In this document: piece by piece, positions 35,601 to 43,867 of the stretch
How positions within the stretch are numbered: the stretch's first letter is position 1
Layout: every line of letters starts with the position of its first letter
Assembly: GCA_963727445.1 (NCBI GenBank)
Contig: CAVSGI010000010.1
Coordinates: 256,001 to 320,000, forward strand
Length of the DNA: 64,000 bases
Direction: 5' to 3'
Source of the DNA: an uncultured delta proteobacterium
Lineage (GTDB): Bacteria > Myxococcota_A > Polyangia > Polyangiales > B10-G4
Translations under genes and position numbers: made by a program
The notes under the pieces: model-generated
Databases searched by the model: none
Told to the model about the DNA's origin: nothing
What the model saw: the letters and a program-made list of their open reading frames with translations, nothing else

Positions 35601-37419
35601 CGTGACCATCGAGACGAGCGATTGGTTCGAGCTCGTCGGCGGCGCATCACAGAGCGTCGACCTCGGCCCGAGCGAGGTGCGCTCGGCGCGCTTCCGGATC
35701 CGGGTCACCGACGCCGGCACCCACGCGCTCACGCTGCACGGCAGCGCAGGCTCGCTCTCGGACGCCCTGGTCCGGACCGTCGACGTGCGGCCTGATGGCC
35801 AGCCCGACGACGACGTCGCCTCCGGCCGTCTCGCCGCGGGCACCCCGGCGCTCCACTCCCTCTCGGTCCCGAGCGACACCGTGCCCGGCGGCTCGATGAT
35901 GGAGCTGGTCCTCACCCCCGGCTTCGCGTCGGAGGCGGTGCAGGGCGTCGAGGCGCTGCTGCAGGAGCCGAACGGCTGCTTCGAGCAGACGACCTCCACG
36001 GCCTGGCCGAACACCCTCGTCGCGAAGTACCTCGACATGACCGGCGGGCTCACCCCCGACCGGCGCGAAGAGGTCATCGCCCTCGTGACGCGCGGTTACC
36101 AGCGCCTGCTCACCTTCGAGAGCCCGACCGGTGGGTTCAACTGGTGGGGCGACGCCGATCCGGGCAACCGCATCCTGAGCGCGATCATGCTCTGGCACCT
36201 CAAGGACATGGAGGGCCTGATCACGACCGATCCGGCGGTGCGCGATCGGACGCTCGACTGGCTCGTCGCGCAGCAGCGGGCGGACGGATCGTGGGAGTCG
36301 GGTGATGCGCTCCATGCGGGCGACGAGGTTCTCTCGACGAGCGAGGCGCGTACGACCGCGTTCATCGCGTGGGCGCTGGCGCACACGGGGTGGGCCGACG
36401 ACGCCGTCGCCCGCGCGGGGGGCTGGCTTCGCAGCAACCTGCCGCCGGAGAGCGACCTCTACGCCAACGCGCTGGTGGCGAACGCCCTCGCGATGGAGGA
36501 TCCGGGCGGGGCGATGACCGGCGAGGTCTTCGCGCGGCTCGACGGGATGCGAGTGGACCTGGCTCCCGGCGAAGGAACGCTCTGGCCGACGGACTCGCCG
36601 TCGTGGACGGGGACCGCGGGGGACACGGCGGCGCTCGAGACGACCGGGCTGGTGGCCTACGGGCTCATCCAGGCCGGCGCGTACCCGGACGATCTCGCCG
36701 GAGCGATGGAGTTCATCCTGGCGAACAAGGACGCGGTCGGCACCTGGTACAACACCCAGGCGACGATGAACGCGCTCCGCGCGCTCTCGGCGGCGCTCAC
36801 GGGCGGCGCGAGCGACGCGACCGGCACGCTCACCATCACGGTCGACGGAGTCGTCGCGGACACGGTCGACGTGACCGATGAAAACCGCGATCTGTACCGG
36901 CGCTTCGACCTCTCGAGCTACGCGACGGTGGGAGACCACACGGTCGAGGTCGCCTTCGCCGGAACGGGCGAGGTCAACTACCGCCTCACGCGGCGCGCCT
37001 TCCGGCCCGTCCTTCCGGACGCGGTGGGCCCGCTCTCGCTGACGGTCGACTACGACACGACGACCTCGGTGGTCGGCGTGCCCCTGAACGTGGTGGCGCG
37101 CGCGACGAACACCGAGACGAGCGGCGCGCGTGACCAGGTCATCGTGCGTGTTGGCCGTGCGCCGGGCTTCGTTCCGCGGACGGAGGACCTCGACGCCCTC
37201 GTCGCCGCCGGCGTGGCGAGCCGTTACGAGGTTCGCTCGAACGACGTGACCTTCTACCTGATGGGCCTCGCGGCCGGCGAGACGCGCGAGCTCCGCTTCC
37301 GCCTGACGCCGAGCCTCCCGGTCGACGCGACCGCCCCGGCGTCGCGGATCTACGCCTATTACGAGCCGAGCCTCGGCGAGACGCTCCCCACCGAGCGCTT
37401 CGTCGCCACCAGCCCCTGA
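32614..37419 (+). CDS. Alpha-2-macroglobulin family thioester lipoprotein
   Basis: Lipobox LAVGC, MG2 TDKTIYKPGQ, VRTDFRETAY, thioester EPNGCFEQT, C-terminal YAYYEP. Confidence 0.93.
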   Translation: MRHWLTIQAVPLSIVVLAVGCGGEAPPERHENSLASIDEGQIHAAVAGDDLAIDVPVHRLSEAALSGRISIDLTDVATGTSTHLASEMADVEQDVEDHAYRLVFAGRGVDFERVDAGPMIIDWRLHLDGDGDDLYGHRSLFDALGNLDVSLRGPTELPAAGDAPVRVVVRDPSTYAPIEGANVEAVLVTPATTDGGDPIEHALFTGTTDARGELLDRIALPDGVDGGSLRVTVTDEDVEVWTSRNVGRRADDALYLGTDKTIYKPGQDVHLRLLALDALDRQPIADEDVLFEARDGRGNKVFRRSGRTDAFGVAAVSVPTDTRVNEGDWQFTAQIAGRQAQIRVPVQAYALPKMRVSVGIDRTFALPGQTARATIAAQYLFGEPVVNANIQLEARSVSGVPVGSFFATTDAQGAGTVDVALPDTLASDALEQSGDTLLFTATITDTAGQSERGEAALPLAAAPIRIQTIGDATLTADTENLVYVVVTDAVGQPLVADVDVSGDVAQSLVTDASGVAELRFTPSGDEVALDIAATDGAGRSHSRSLTLGTSTDARLVLTSDRAIYQPGDTARLHLSATGGLTRAYLDVYRGAAGVLSAAVDLTAGGADIELPIDGELGGLLVVDAVAPGDDGVTHRAAHPLLVERDDNVTVALSADRSEYGPGDEAQISVEIADSAGVPRVASVGLTVVDQAVFALGGEPTTSIRSSFGLDGQVLPPSVNVAGRNVEDLLATSDPSEREQLARLLFASAGDVQGPSFDYDSLAVELPAVVSSLQGKVTADATTYLEALQSSSTGPWGTATLTVDDIASRALSARLVDPFGRYYHVDVEGEDDWSREMVLTSDGPDETPGTRDDVVGRASLYIATYGRAEGDFAAAGGPMAGAPAPAPEAPAEDGASGGGDAPVRTDFRETAYVNPTLITDASGRATVTVPLAQSITTWRVSADASTADGRVGASVRGLRTFQPFFVDFTMPLDLTRGDELDVPAIVYNYTTDPQHVDVTIETSDWFELVGGASQSVDLGPSEVRSARFRIRVTDAGTHALTLHGSAGSLSDALVRTVDVRPDGQPDDDVASGRLAAGTPALHSLSVPSDTVPGGSMMELVLTPGFASEAVQGVEALLQEPNGCFEQTTSTAWPNTLVAKYLDMTGGLTPDRREEVIALVTRGYQRLLTFESPTGGFNWWGDADPGNRILSAIMLWHLKDMEGLITTDPAVRDRTLDWLVAQQRADGSWESGDALHAGDEVLSTSEARTTAFIAWALAHTGWADDAVARAGGWLRSNLPPESDLYANALVANALAMEDPGGAMTGEVFARLDGMRVDLAPGEGTLWPTDSPSWTGTAGDTAALETTGLVAYGLIQAGAYPDDLAGAMEFILANKDAVGTWYNTQATMNALRALSAALTGGASDATGTLTITVDGVVADTVDVTDENRDLYRRFDLSSYATVGDHTVEVAFAGTGEVNYRLTRRAFRPVLPDAVGPLSLTVDYDTTTSVVGVPLNVVARATNTETSGARDQVIVRVGRAPGFVPRTEDLDALVAAGVASRYEVRSNDVTFYLMGLAAGETRELRFRLTPSLPVDATAPASRIYAYYEPSLGETLPTERFVATSP

Positions 37420-37466
37420 GATATCCGGTATGGTCGCGTCCCTCACCAAAGGAGAAGGGACTCGCG

Positions 37467-37847
37467 ATGATGGACGGAAGCGCAATTCTCAGGACGCTCG
37501 CAATCACATTGGTGCTCGCCGCGGCCTGCGGTGATGACGGCCGGGGGCCCACCGATACCGGAACGACGGCCGGCGACTCGGGCTCGGCGGGTGACACCGG
37601 AACGAGCGGCGACGTCGGGACGGCGGACACCGGTTCCGGCGGTGATGGCGGGAACCTCGGCGCCCGCTGCGGCTACTCCGCCCCCTGCGTGCCCGCCGCC
37701 GCCAACTTCTTCTGCGCCTCGGTGCCTGGCACGGAGCAGTACCAGTGCTGCCTTCCCGCCGAGCCCGATCCTTCCGCCGGGTGCACCGAAGCGTCCGGCG
37801 GGAGCAACGAAGACATCACGTCGTACTGCTGCACGGGAGAGCCGTAG
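37467..37847 (+). CDS. Small Cys-rich lipoprotein
   Basis: AAGGAG RBS, lipobox LAAAC, G/D/T linker, C-terminal domain with 8 Cys including two CC pairs. Confidence 0.7.
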   Translation: MMDGSAILRTLAITLVLAAACGDDGRGPTDTGTTAGDSGSAGDTGTSGDVGTADTGSGGDGGNLGARCGYSAPCVPAAANFFCASVPGTEQYQCCLPAEPDPSAGCTEASGGSNEDITSYCCTGEP

Positions 37848-37861
37848 GCGTCGCGACGGCC

Positions 37862-39922
37862 TCAGCGGCGCCGCCGCCGCCGGAACGCGACCGCGAGCCC
37901 GACGAGGAGCACGGCGAGGAGCCCTCGCGTCGAATGACGTGGGGCGGCGATGCGGCAGCCGCAGCCGCCGTCGTCGTCGGCGCCGCCGGTGCCGGTGTCG
38001 GCGCCGGTGGCCCCGTCGAGGCCGCTGCCGCCGTCCGTGGTGCCGATGCTGACGCACGAGCCGGCGGAGCAGCGCGCGCCCGGGCCGCAGTCGACGCCGG
38101 CGCAGGGGTCGGGGACGCAGTCGCCGGCCCGGCACACCAGGCCTTCGCCGCACGTCACGCCCGTGCAGGCGTCGACGCACTCGCCGCCCTGGCACGCGAG
38201 GCCGGGGCCGCAGCTCACCGCGGCGCAGAGATCGGGGACGCACTCGCCGTCGACGCACGCCTGGGCGCGCGGGCAGACCACGCCGGTGCAGCCGTCCTCG
38301 CAGGTGCCGCCGGTGCACACCTCGGCCGCGGTGCAGGTCGCGGTCTCACAGCCGGCGTCGACGCACATGCCCTCGGTGGGCGAGTCCATGCGCGCGTCGC
38401 AGGCTTCGGTGTCGGCGCAGATGGACGCGGCCAGGTCAGCGCATGCGCACGAGGGCCCGCAGAGCGTGAGCGCGTCCGGGTCGGCGGCGACGCAGACCTG
38501 ATTCACCGGGCAGTCGACGCCGAGGCACGGGTCGAGACAGGCGCCGCTGAGGCATCGCTGGCCGCGCGGGCAGACCACGCCGTCGCAGGGCCCCACGCAC
38601 TCGCCCTCTCGGCACAGGGTGCCGTCGGGGCAGGGCGCGGTCCGGCCGGCGCAGGCGGTGTCGACGCAGTACGTCCCGTCGACGCAGGTGAAGCCCGGTC
38701 CGCAGCCTCCCTCGAAGCACTGCGACACGCACAGACCGCTGTCGGGTGCGCAGGCCGTGCCCGGCGGACAGTCCGCCATCGGCAGGCAGTCGAGGTCCTC
38801 CGTCGCGTCGCAGCGCTCGAAGGCGCCGGGGTGCCGCGCGGGGTCGGCGTCGTCGCAGTCCGTTCCACCGCACGCGACGTCGCGGAATCCGTCGCCGTCC
38901 GCGTCGGGACAGATGGCGGTGTTGTCCTCGTTGAGGCCGGCGACCGCGTCGAGCTCGGCGTCGAAGGACCAGAACTGGCACGCGTCGGTCGGGTTGCCGT
39001 TGTTGCCGCCGACGAGTGACGCGTAGCGGAAGGTGAGGCCGCAGGGGAGCGCGAAGACCTGCACGATGCCGTCGCGCATGGTGGCGTTCGACAGATCCGG
39101 CGCGAGCGCGTCGGCCTCGGTGGCGGGGGTCGGCTCGTCGGGGATCCAGCCCTGGAGGAACACGGTGGTGAGCAGGGCCGGGTTCCACTTGCGCGGATCG
39201 GGCGCGGAGGGATCCGCCACCTCGGTGGCCATCGGATCGTCGGAGAGCCAGACCGAGTACTCCCAGGACTCGCAGGGGAGGGGGCCGTGGTCGGTGAAGG
39301 GAAAGACGACGACGCGATTGCCTTCGCCGCCGAGGTCGAAGATCGCGCCGTTCGCCGGATCGAAGAAGCCCTGCTCGCCGTCACACACCCGGTCGCCGTC
39401 GGCGTGGCCGGCTGCGCCGAGGTAGAAGCGATCGATCTCGGCGTTGTAGCAATCGAGGCCGTTGAGCGCGTCCTCGAAGGCGTGGTTCCATCCGAAGACG
39501 TACTCGGGATCGGTCGCGAAGGCGCGCGGCGGCCCGCCCGCCGGTGCGCAGTATCCCGCCGGCGCGCCGCTGCCGTAGTAGAGCCACGCGGTGCCGCCCG
39601 CGTACGTTCGGCTCACGGCGCGGTTGATGTCGGCGGCGGAGGTCGATGCGCCGCGCACCAGGCGGCCGAAGGTGAGCGAGCGCGCGTCCATCCCATCGCT
39701 CGTTTGAAAGACGCCGAGGCGCCGGTCTGCCGGCATCAGCGCGTTGAAGCACTCGGTGCCCGAGGCGATGCACGCCCCACAGTTCGGATCGGTCGCCCCC
39801 GCGCTGCAGGAGGCACAGGTCCCGATGACGGCCTGCGCCGAGGCCGTGTGCTCCGAGGCGAGGAGGGCGGCCGAGCCGAGGACCAAGAGTGCGAAGGCGC
39901 GAAGGGCGAGGCGAAGGGGCAT
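37862..39922 (-). CDS. Cys-rich MYXO-CTERM surface protein with MopE-like repeat
   Basis: Signal peptide, DADGDGF...DCDD...HPGAFERCD, CxGVxC repeats, GGCGC + TM + RRRRRR. Confidence 0.8.
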   Translation of the reverse strand: MPLRLALRAFALLVLGSAALLASEHTASAQAVIGTCASCSAGATDPNCGACIASGTECFNALMPADRRLGVFQTSDGMDARSLTFGRLVRGASTSAADINRAVSRTYAGGTAWLYYGSGAPAGYCAPAGGPPRAFATDPEYVFGWNHAFEDALNGLDCYNAEIDRFYLGAAGHADGDRVCDGEQGFFDPANGAIFDLGGEGNRVVVFPFTDHGPLPCESWEYSVWLSDDPMATEVADPSAPDPRKWNPALLTTVFLQGWIPDEPTPATEADALAPDLSNATMRDGIVQVFALPCGLTFRYASLVGGNNGNPTDACQFWSFDAELDAVAGLNEDNTAICPDADGDGFRDVACGGTDCDDADPARHPGAFERCDATEDLDCLPMADCPPGTACAPDSGLCVSQCFEGGCGPGFTCVDGTYCVDTACAGRTAPCPDGTLCREGECVGPCDGVVCPRGQRCLSGACLDPCLGVDCPVNQVCVAADPDALTLCGPSCACADLAASICADTEACDARMDSPTEGMCVDAGCETATCTAAEVCTGGTCEDGCTGVVCPRAQACVDGECVPDLCAAVSCGPGLACQGGECVDACTGVTCGEGLVCRAGDCVPDPCAGVDCGPGARCSAGSCVSIGTTDGGSGLDGATGADTGTGGADDDGGCGCRIAAPRHSTRGLLAVLLVGLAVAFRRRRRR

Positions 39923-39986
39923 GAGATCGAGACTGCACCCGTCGATCGCGCCCGTAAAGAGCGCTCGCGCCGAACCCCCGCTTCGA

Positions 39987-41363
39987 TCAGATGCCGGTAC
40001 AGAGCGCTTCGACGAGCTCGCTGTCGCCGCCGGTCGCCGGGCGCACGTAGGCGACGTGCAGTCCGTCGTCGAAATCCGCGCCCCAGAAGAGCGGGTAGGC
40101 GCTGTCGGCGAAGGTGAGCGTCGCGTCGGGGGTGTGGGGCATGGCGGTGCCGAAGGCGTGACGTTCGACGAAGACGGATCCGCTCGACGAGCGGAGCGAC
40201 ACGAAGCCGAGGCCCGCGGGGCGGTTCGCGAGCGCGGGCACGCGCGTGAGGCCCGAGGCAGGTGCGGCCGACCAACCCGAGCCGTCGCGCGCCGCGAAGA
40301 GAAGATCCGAGCTGCTCCGGTAGGCGATGGTCGCGCCTGCGCCGTCGGGGCTGGTGGCGAGGGCCACGGCGAGGCTCGCAGAGACGGGGTTGCGCGGCGC
40401 GCTGTCGACGGTGGTGCACGCCCAGGTGGACGACAGCGCCGAGGCATCGGCGGCGAGGATCGCGTCGGGTGCGGAGCCCTCGGGAACGGCGGAGACCGCG
40501 AGGGCGATCGTGCGTCCACCGGTCGACCCCCGCGCGGACATCTCCAGGCTGGCGCCGTTCGGCACCGTGCAGCCCGTCGGCGTCATCGACCACGCCGAGC
40601 TTCCCCGCCGCGCGCTCACGACGCTCGCTTCCATCGCGCCGGGGACGTCGTCGAAGAGGAGCTCCGGGACGTCGTCGGAGCCGATCAGCAGCGCGAGGTC
40701 CCGGGCGATCACGCCGTCGCGCACGTGCTCCACCGTCCCGAAGGTGCTGCCGTCGAGGGCGACGTAGTACACGCCGAAGGTCGTGGAGGAGCCTACCGTC
40801 TCGTAGCCGAGGAACGCGACGTGGATGACGCCGGTCGAGTCGACGGCGACCCGAACGGTCGGGTCGGCCAGGATCGGGTGCACGTCGCCCGGAACGGTCA
40901 CCGTATCCCAGGCCCCTGCCGCTCGGCGCGCGACCGCGATGGGGGCGTCGGTGCTCGCGCGCTGGGCGAAGGCGACCACCGGCTCGCCGCTCGCGTCGAG
41001 GGCCCAGTCTCCGCGGAGAATCGACGCGTCGCTCGTCAGGTCCACGTGATCGACCACGACGCAGGAAGGCATCATGGCGGCATCCGTGGTGCTCGCGTCG
41101 ATGGAGCCATCCGCGTCGGGCGACCCGTCGGCGCTCGCATCGGGCGCGACCCCGGTGTCCGCCGCCGCATCGAGGGCCGCGTCGGGCTCCGCGTCGGGCC
41201 CGCCGTCCGGCAGCGCGCTCGTATCGACGAAGGCGTCCGCCGCCGCGTCTTCGGTCCCGGCGTCCCCCTCGAGCATCCCCCCGTCGTCGACGACATCGCG
41301 CTCGTTTCCACAACCGATCGCCGAAGAGAGCAGGGCCAGAGACGTGAAGAGAAGCAGTCGCAT
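39987..41363 (-). CDS. Lipoprotein, D/A-rich linker plus beta-rich domain
   Basis: MRLLLFTSLALLSSAIGC lipobox; repeated xHVAF/Y strands. Confidence 0.7.
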   Translation of the reverse strand: MRLLLFTSLALLSSAIGCGNERDVVDDGGMLEGDAGTEDAAADAFVDTSALPDGGPDAEPDAALDAAADTGVAPDASADGSPDADGSIDASTTDAAMMPSCVVVDHVDLTSDASILRGDWALDASGEPVVAFAQRASTDAPIAVARRAAGAWDTVTVPGDVHPILADPTVRVAVDSTGVIHVAFLGYETVGSSTTFGVYYVALDGSTFGTVEHVRDGVIARDLALLIGSDDVPELLFDDVPGAMEASVVSARRGSSAWSMTPTGCTVPNGASLEMSARGSTGGRTIALAVSAVPEGSAPDAILAADASALSSTWACTTVDSAPRNPVSASLAVALATSPDGAGATIAYRSSSDLLFAARDGSGWSAAPASGLTRVPALANRPAGLGFVSLRSSSGSVFVERHAFGTAMPHTPDATLTFADSAYPLFWGADFDDGLHVAYVRPATGGDSELVEALCTGI

Positions 41364-41529
41364 GCGCGCCCCCTCAGCAAGAGCTCTGCCACCCGCGCCC
41401 ACCCGCATTCACCGACGAATTCCCGCCCCCGCGCGGCAGGTGTGAACGCCGGTTCATCCTCGACGCGGTTGCGCCTGTGGCGAGGGATTCACTGTCGACG
41501 GATGTCGTGGGCGTCGCGCCAGCAACGAC

Positions 41530-41557
41530 AAACGGCCAGCCTTTCGGCTGACCGTTT
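41530..41557 (-). terminator. Hairpin downstream of the displaced tRNA 3' half (probable original tRNA terminator)
   Basis: Minus strand AAACGGTCAGCC-GAAA-GGCTGGCCGTTT. Confidence 0.7.
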
Positions 41558-41604
41558 CGGAGCGGGCGATGGGATTCGAACCGACGACATTCAGCTTGGG
41601 AAGC
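41558..41604 (-). repeat. att site: 3' half of tRNA-Gly(CCC)
   Basis: 47-bp direct repeat of 46575-46621 with 2 mismatches. Confidence 0.93.
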
Positions 41605-41949
41605 CAACGACGGCACGAGCAATCTCGGGAGGTTGCGACCCAGCGTGGACGCAACGTGGACGATGTCGAGGGACTTGCGACCGCGGTGCTCGCGCTGGCG
41701 CAGACCGAGGTCGATCTTCCGGCCGATCTCGCCATCCGGCTGATCGACGCCGTGCTCGCGTCGGCGAGTGAGATGGTCAAGCTCGCCCTCGCGGCGAGAG
41801 AAGGCGGCCCACATGCGACCCGTCACCTGATCGACCTTGCAAGCCGCGTTCTCTCGAACGTCGACGACCGCAGGGAGCCGCAAGCAGCCGCGGTGGGAGA
41901 CGCAGCGACGTCGCCGATTGGATCAGAGGGAACCATCGAACCCGAGTAG
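41605..41949 (+). other. Displaced 3' end (114 codons) of the element A integrase gene
   Basis: Open frame continues from GFEPTTFSLGS, the same peptide that ends the integrase at 46624. Confidence 0.7.
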
Positions 41950-41965
41950 GGCGAAACACCAAACA

Positions 41966-42024
41966 CCAGCCCCTCTGCGGCGGTGGCATCCACCGCAGAG
42001 GTCGTCGCACGAGGCGACGGCTGG
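41966..42024 (+). ncRNA. Candidate structured RNA/leader (three-way junction) upstream of primase
   Basis: CCAGCC/GGCTGG closing stem enclosing CCTCTGCGG/CCGCAGAGG and GTCGC/GCGAC hairpins. Confidence 0.3.
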
Positions 42025-42055
42025 AGCCCGCCGCGCACACGGAGGACGGCGGACA

Positions 42056-43807
42056 GTGGACATTGTAGGCCAACAAGAAGTCGACCGCGACCAGCTCATT
42101 CCGCGAGATAGAGATCACCTACGCGGGAGCGGGCTCACGGACGAGACCATCAGGAGAGCAGGTGTCTACTCCCTGCGGAGCCCGGCGGACGTTGCACAGG
42201 CGCTGGGTCGGTCATGGGTCCGAGGCGGTGGGATCGCTTTCCCCGTATTCCTTCCCGGGGAATCGAAGCCGGACCACATTCGCGTGCGTCCACACGAGCC
42301 GAAAATGCAGGGACGCGACGGGAAGGAACGGCCCCGTAGGTACGAAGGGCCACGGGGTCGGAGTCCCGTCTACTTCTCTCCGCGCGCGCGAGCGCAACAA
42401 TGGACCGACGAGATCCTTGTCGTTGAAGGTGAGAAGAAGGCCCTCCTCCTGGACCAGCTCGGGTACGCGGCGATCGGGTTGATCGGTTGCTGGCAGGCGC
42501 ACGACAAGCCTCACAAGGACAAGACCGGCAAGTGGCGGCTGCATCCCTGGATCCGCGCTTACGTGCCGGTGAGCGGTCACCAGATCGTGGTGGTGGCCGA
42601 CGCGGATGCGTCCGTGAACCCCGACATCGCCGCCGCGGTCCGCAAGCAGATCGTGATGTTCCGTACTGCGGGTGCGGAGGTTCGGGTCGTTCACGTGCCC
42701 GACAGCGGGAAGAAGAAGAACGGCATCGACGACTTCTTCGTTCGCGCGGGCGAGGAGGCGACGAGAGCCCTGTTGAAGCAGTCGCACGCCGAGGCAGGCG
42801 TGACGGCAGTCGATAGCTGGATCCAGCAGACAGTCATCGAGATCGGTGATACCGCACCCCGTGACGGCGAGCCCGTGGTCCTATACTTGGGGCGAAATAG
42901 GCAGACGCCTGTGTTCAGGTACTGGCCATTGCCAGGCGTGCTTTCCATGTTCGGGTTGGGGTCGGCACGCACGCTCCTGCTCGCGCGTATTGCACGCCTG
43001 GCCGATGATGATGGCGTCGCCCATGGCCGCAAGACTTGGTGGTACGACGACGCCACGGCGATGCTTGGAACGCGTGGCCTCGCGAGGGCCCTAGGACTAC
43101 GTTCACCTGGAGGGGTCCTCAAACATCTACGAGCCCTCGAACAGGCCGGGTACATCGATCGAGAGCATCAGTGCGGTGCGGCCCGGTTGCCCGACACGAT
43201 AACGATCCGGCCTTTCATCTGGCACTATTGGGGATGCGGGGGCAGGTGGTTTCGCGAGGACATCCGTCGAACTGATGTTGTCCCGGACCACGTGATCGAG
43301 CACATCATCGAGAACAAACTGGCCATCAAGGATGACTGGGCCTGCTACACGGTCGGTGGAAAGCGCTTCGAGAGACTCCATCACCTGACCAACGCGATCA
43401 GGGCCGACGAGGCATGGGCCCGCGCGACGGTGCACGAGGCGGTGGCAAGCGGTACCCTTGCGGACCAGCTTCCGATCCGCTGCCCTCCCGACCGGTACTG
43501 GAACGTCATGCACGTCCCGGAGGCGCTGGTCGCCCTGCGACTCGTCAGCCATCAGGCCGCTCTCGTGTACACGCGGATCGTCTGGCGAAACGGCAGCCTG
43601 GGACCCCGCCCGCTGGACCGCCACGATCTCGCCGAGTATGTCGGGCTCTCCTCGACCGATGGCTTGCGCCGCTACCTGCGTGAACTCTATCAGGTGGGTC
43701 TGCTCTCCAGGCTCCCCAACGGCCGCTTCGTCCCGCTGATGCACGAGTGGCTCCGTTCACCCGGTGCTCTGATTGACGGCAAGACAGTTCGTCGCTGGTC
43801 GGGTTGA
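42056..43807 (+). CDS. DUF3854/TOPRIM-like primase fused to two HTH-like regions (replication protein); start approximate (frame open from 41837)
   Basis: HLRGSGL, VVEGEKKA, VVADAD, NGIDDF; later LARALGLRS...HLRALEQAGYI and LAEYVGLSS...YLRELYQVGLL. Confidence 0.75.
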   Translation: MDIVGQQEVDRDQLIPRDRDHLRGSGLTDETIRRAGVYSLRSPADVAQALGRSWVRGGGIAFPVFLPGESKPDHIRVRPHEPKMQGRDGKERPRRYEGPRGRSPVYFSPRARAQQWTDEILVVEGEKKALLLDQLGYAAIGLIGCWQAHDKPHKDKTGKWRLHPWIRAYVPVSGHQIVVVADADASVNPDIAAAVRKQIVMFRTAGAEVRVVHVPDSGKKKNGIDDFFVRAGEEATRALLKQSHAEAGVTAVDSWIQQTVIEIGDTAPRDGEPVVLYLGRNRQTPVFRYWPLPGVLSMFGLGSARTLLLARIARLADDDGVAHGRKTWWYDDATAMLGTRGLARALGLRSPGGVLKHLRALEQAGYIDREHQCGAARLPDTITIRPFIWHYWGCGGRWFREDIRRTDVVPDHVIEHIIENKLAIKDDWACYTVGGKRFERLHHLTNAIRADEAWARATVHEAVASGTLADQLPIRCPPDRYWNVMHVPEALVALRLVSHQAALVYTRIVWRNGSLGPRPLDRHDLAEYVGLSSTDGLRRYLRELYQVGLLSRLPNGRFVPLMHEWLRSPGALIDGKTVRRWSG

Positions 43808-43867
43808 TGATGCCCACGTAGGCCGCGGCAGTAGCCCGGATGGCACCCACCGCTACGTGGTCGTCGT

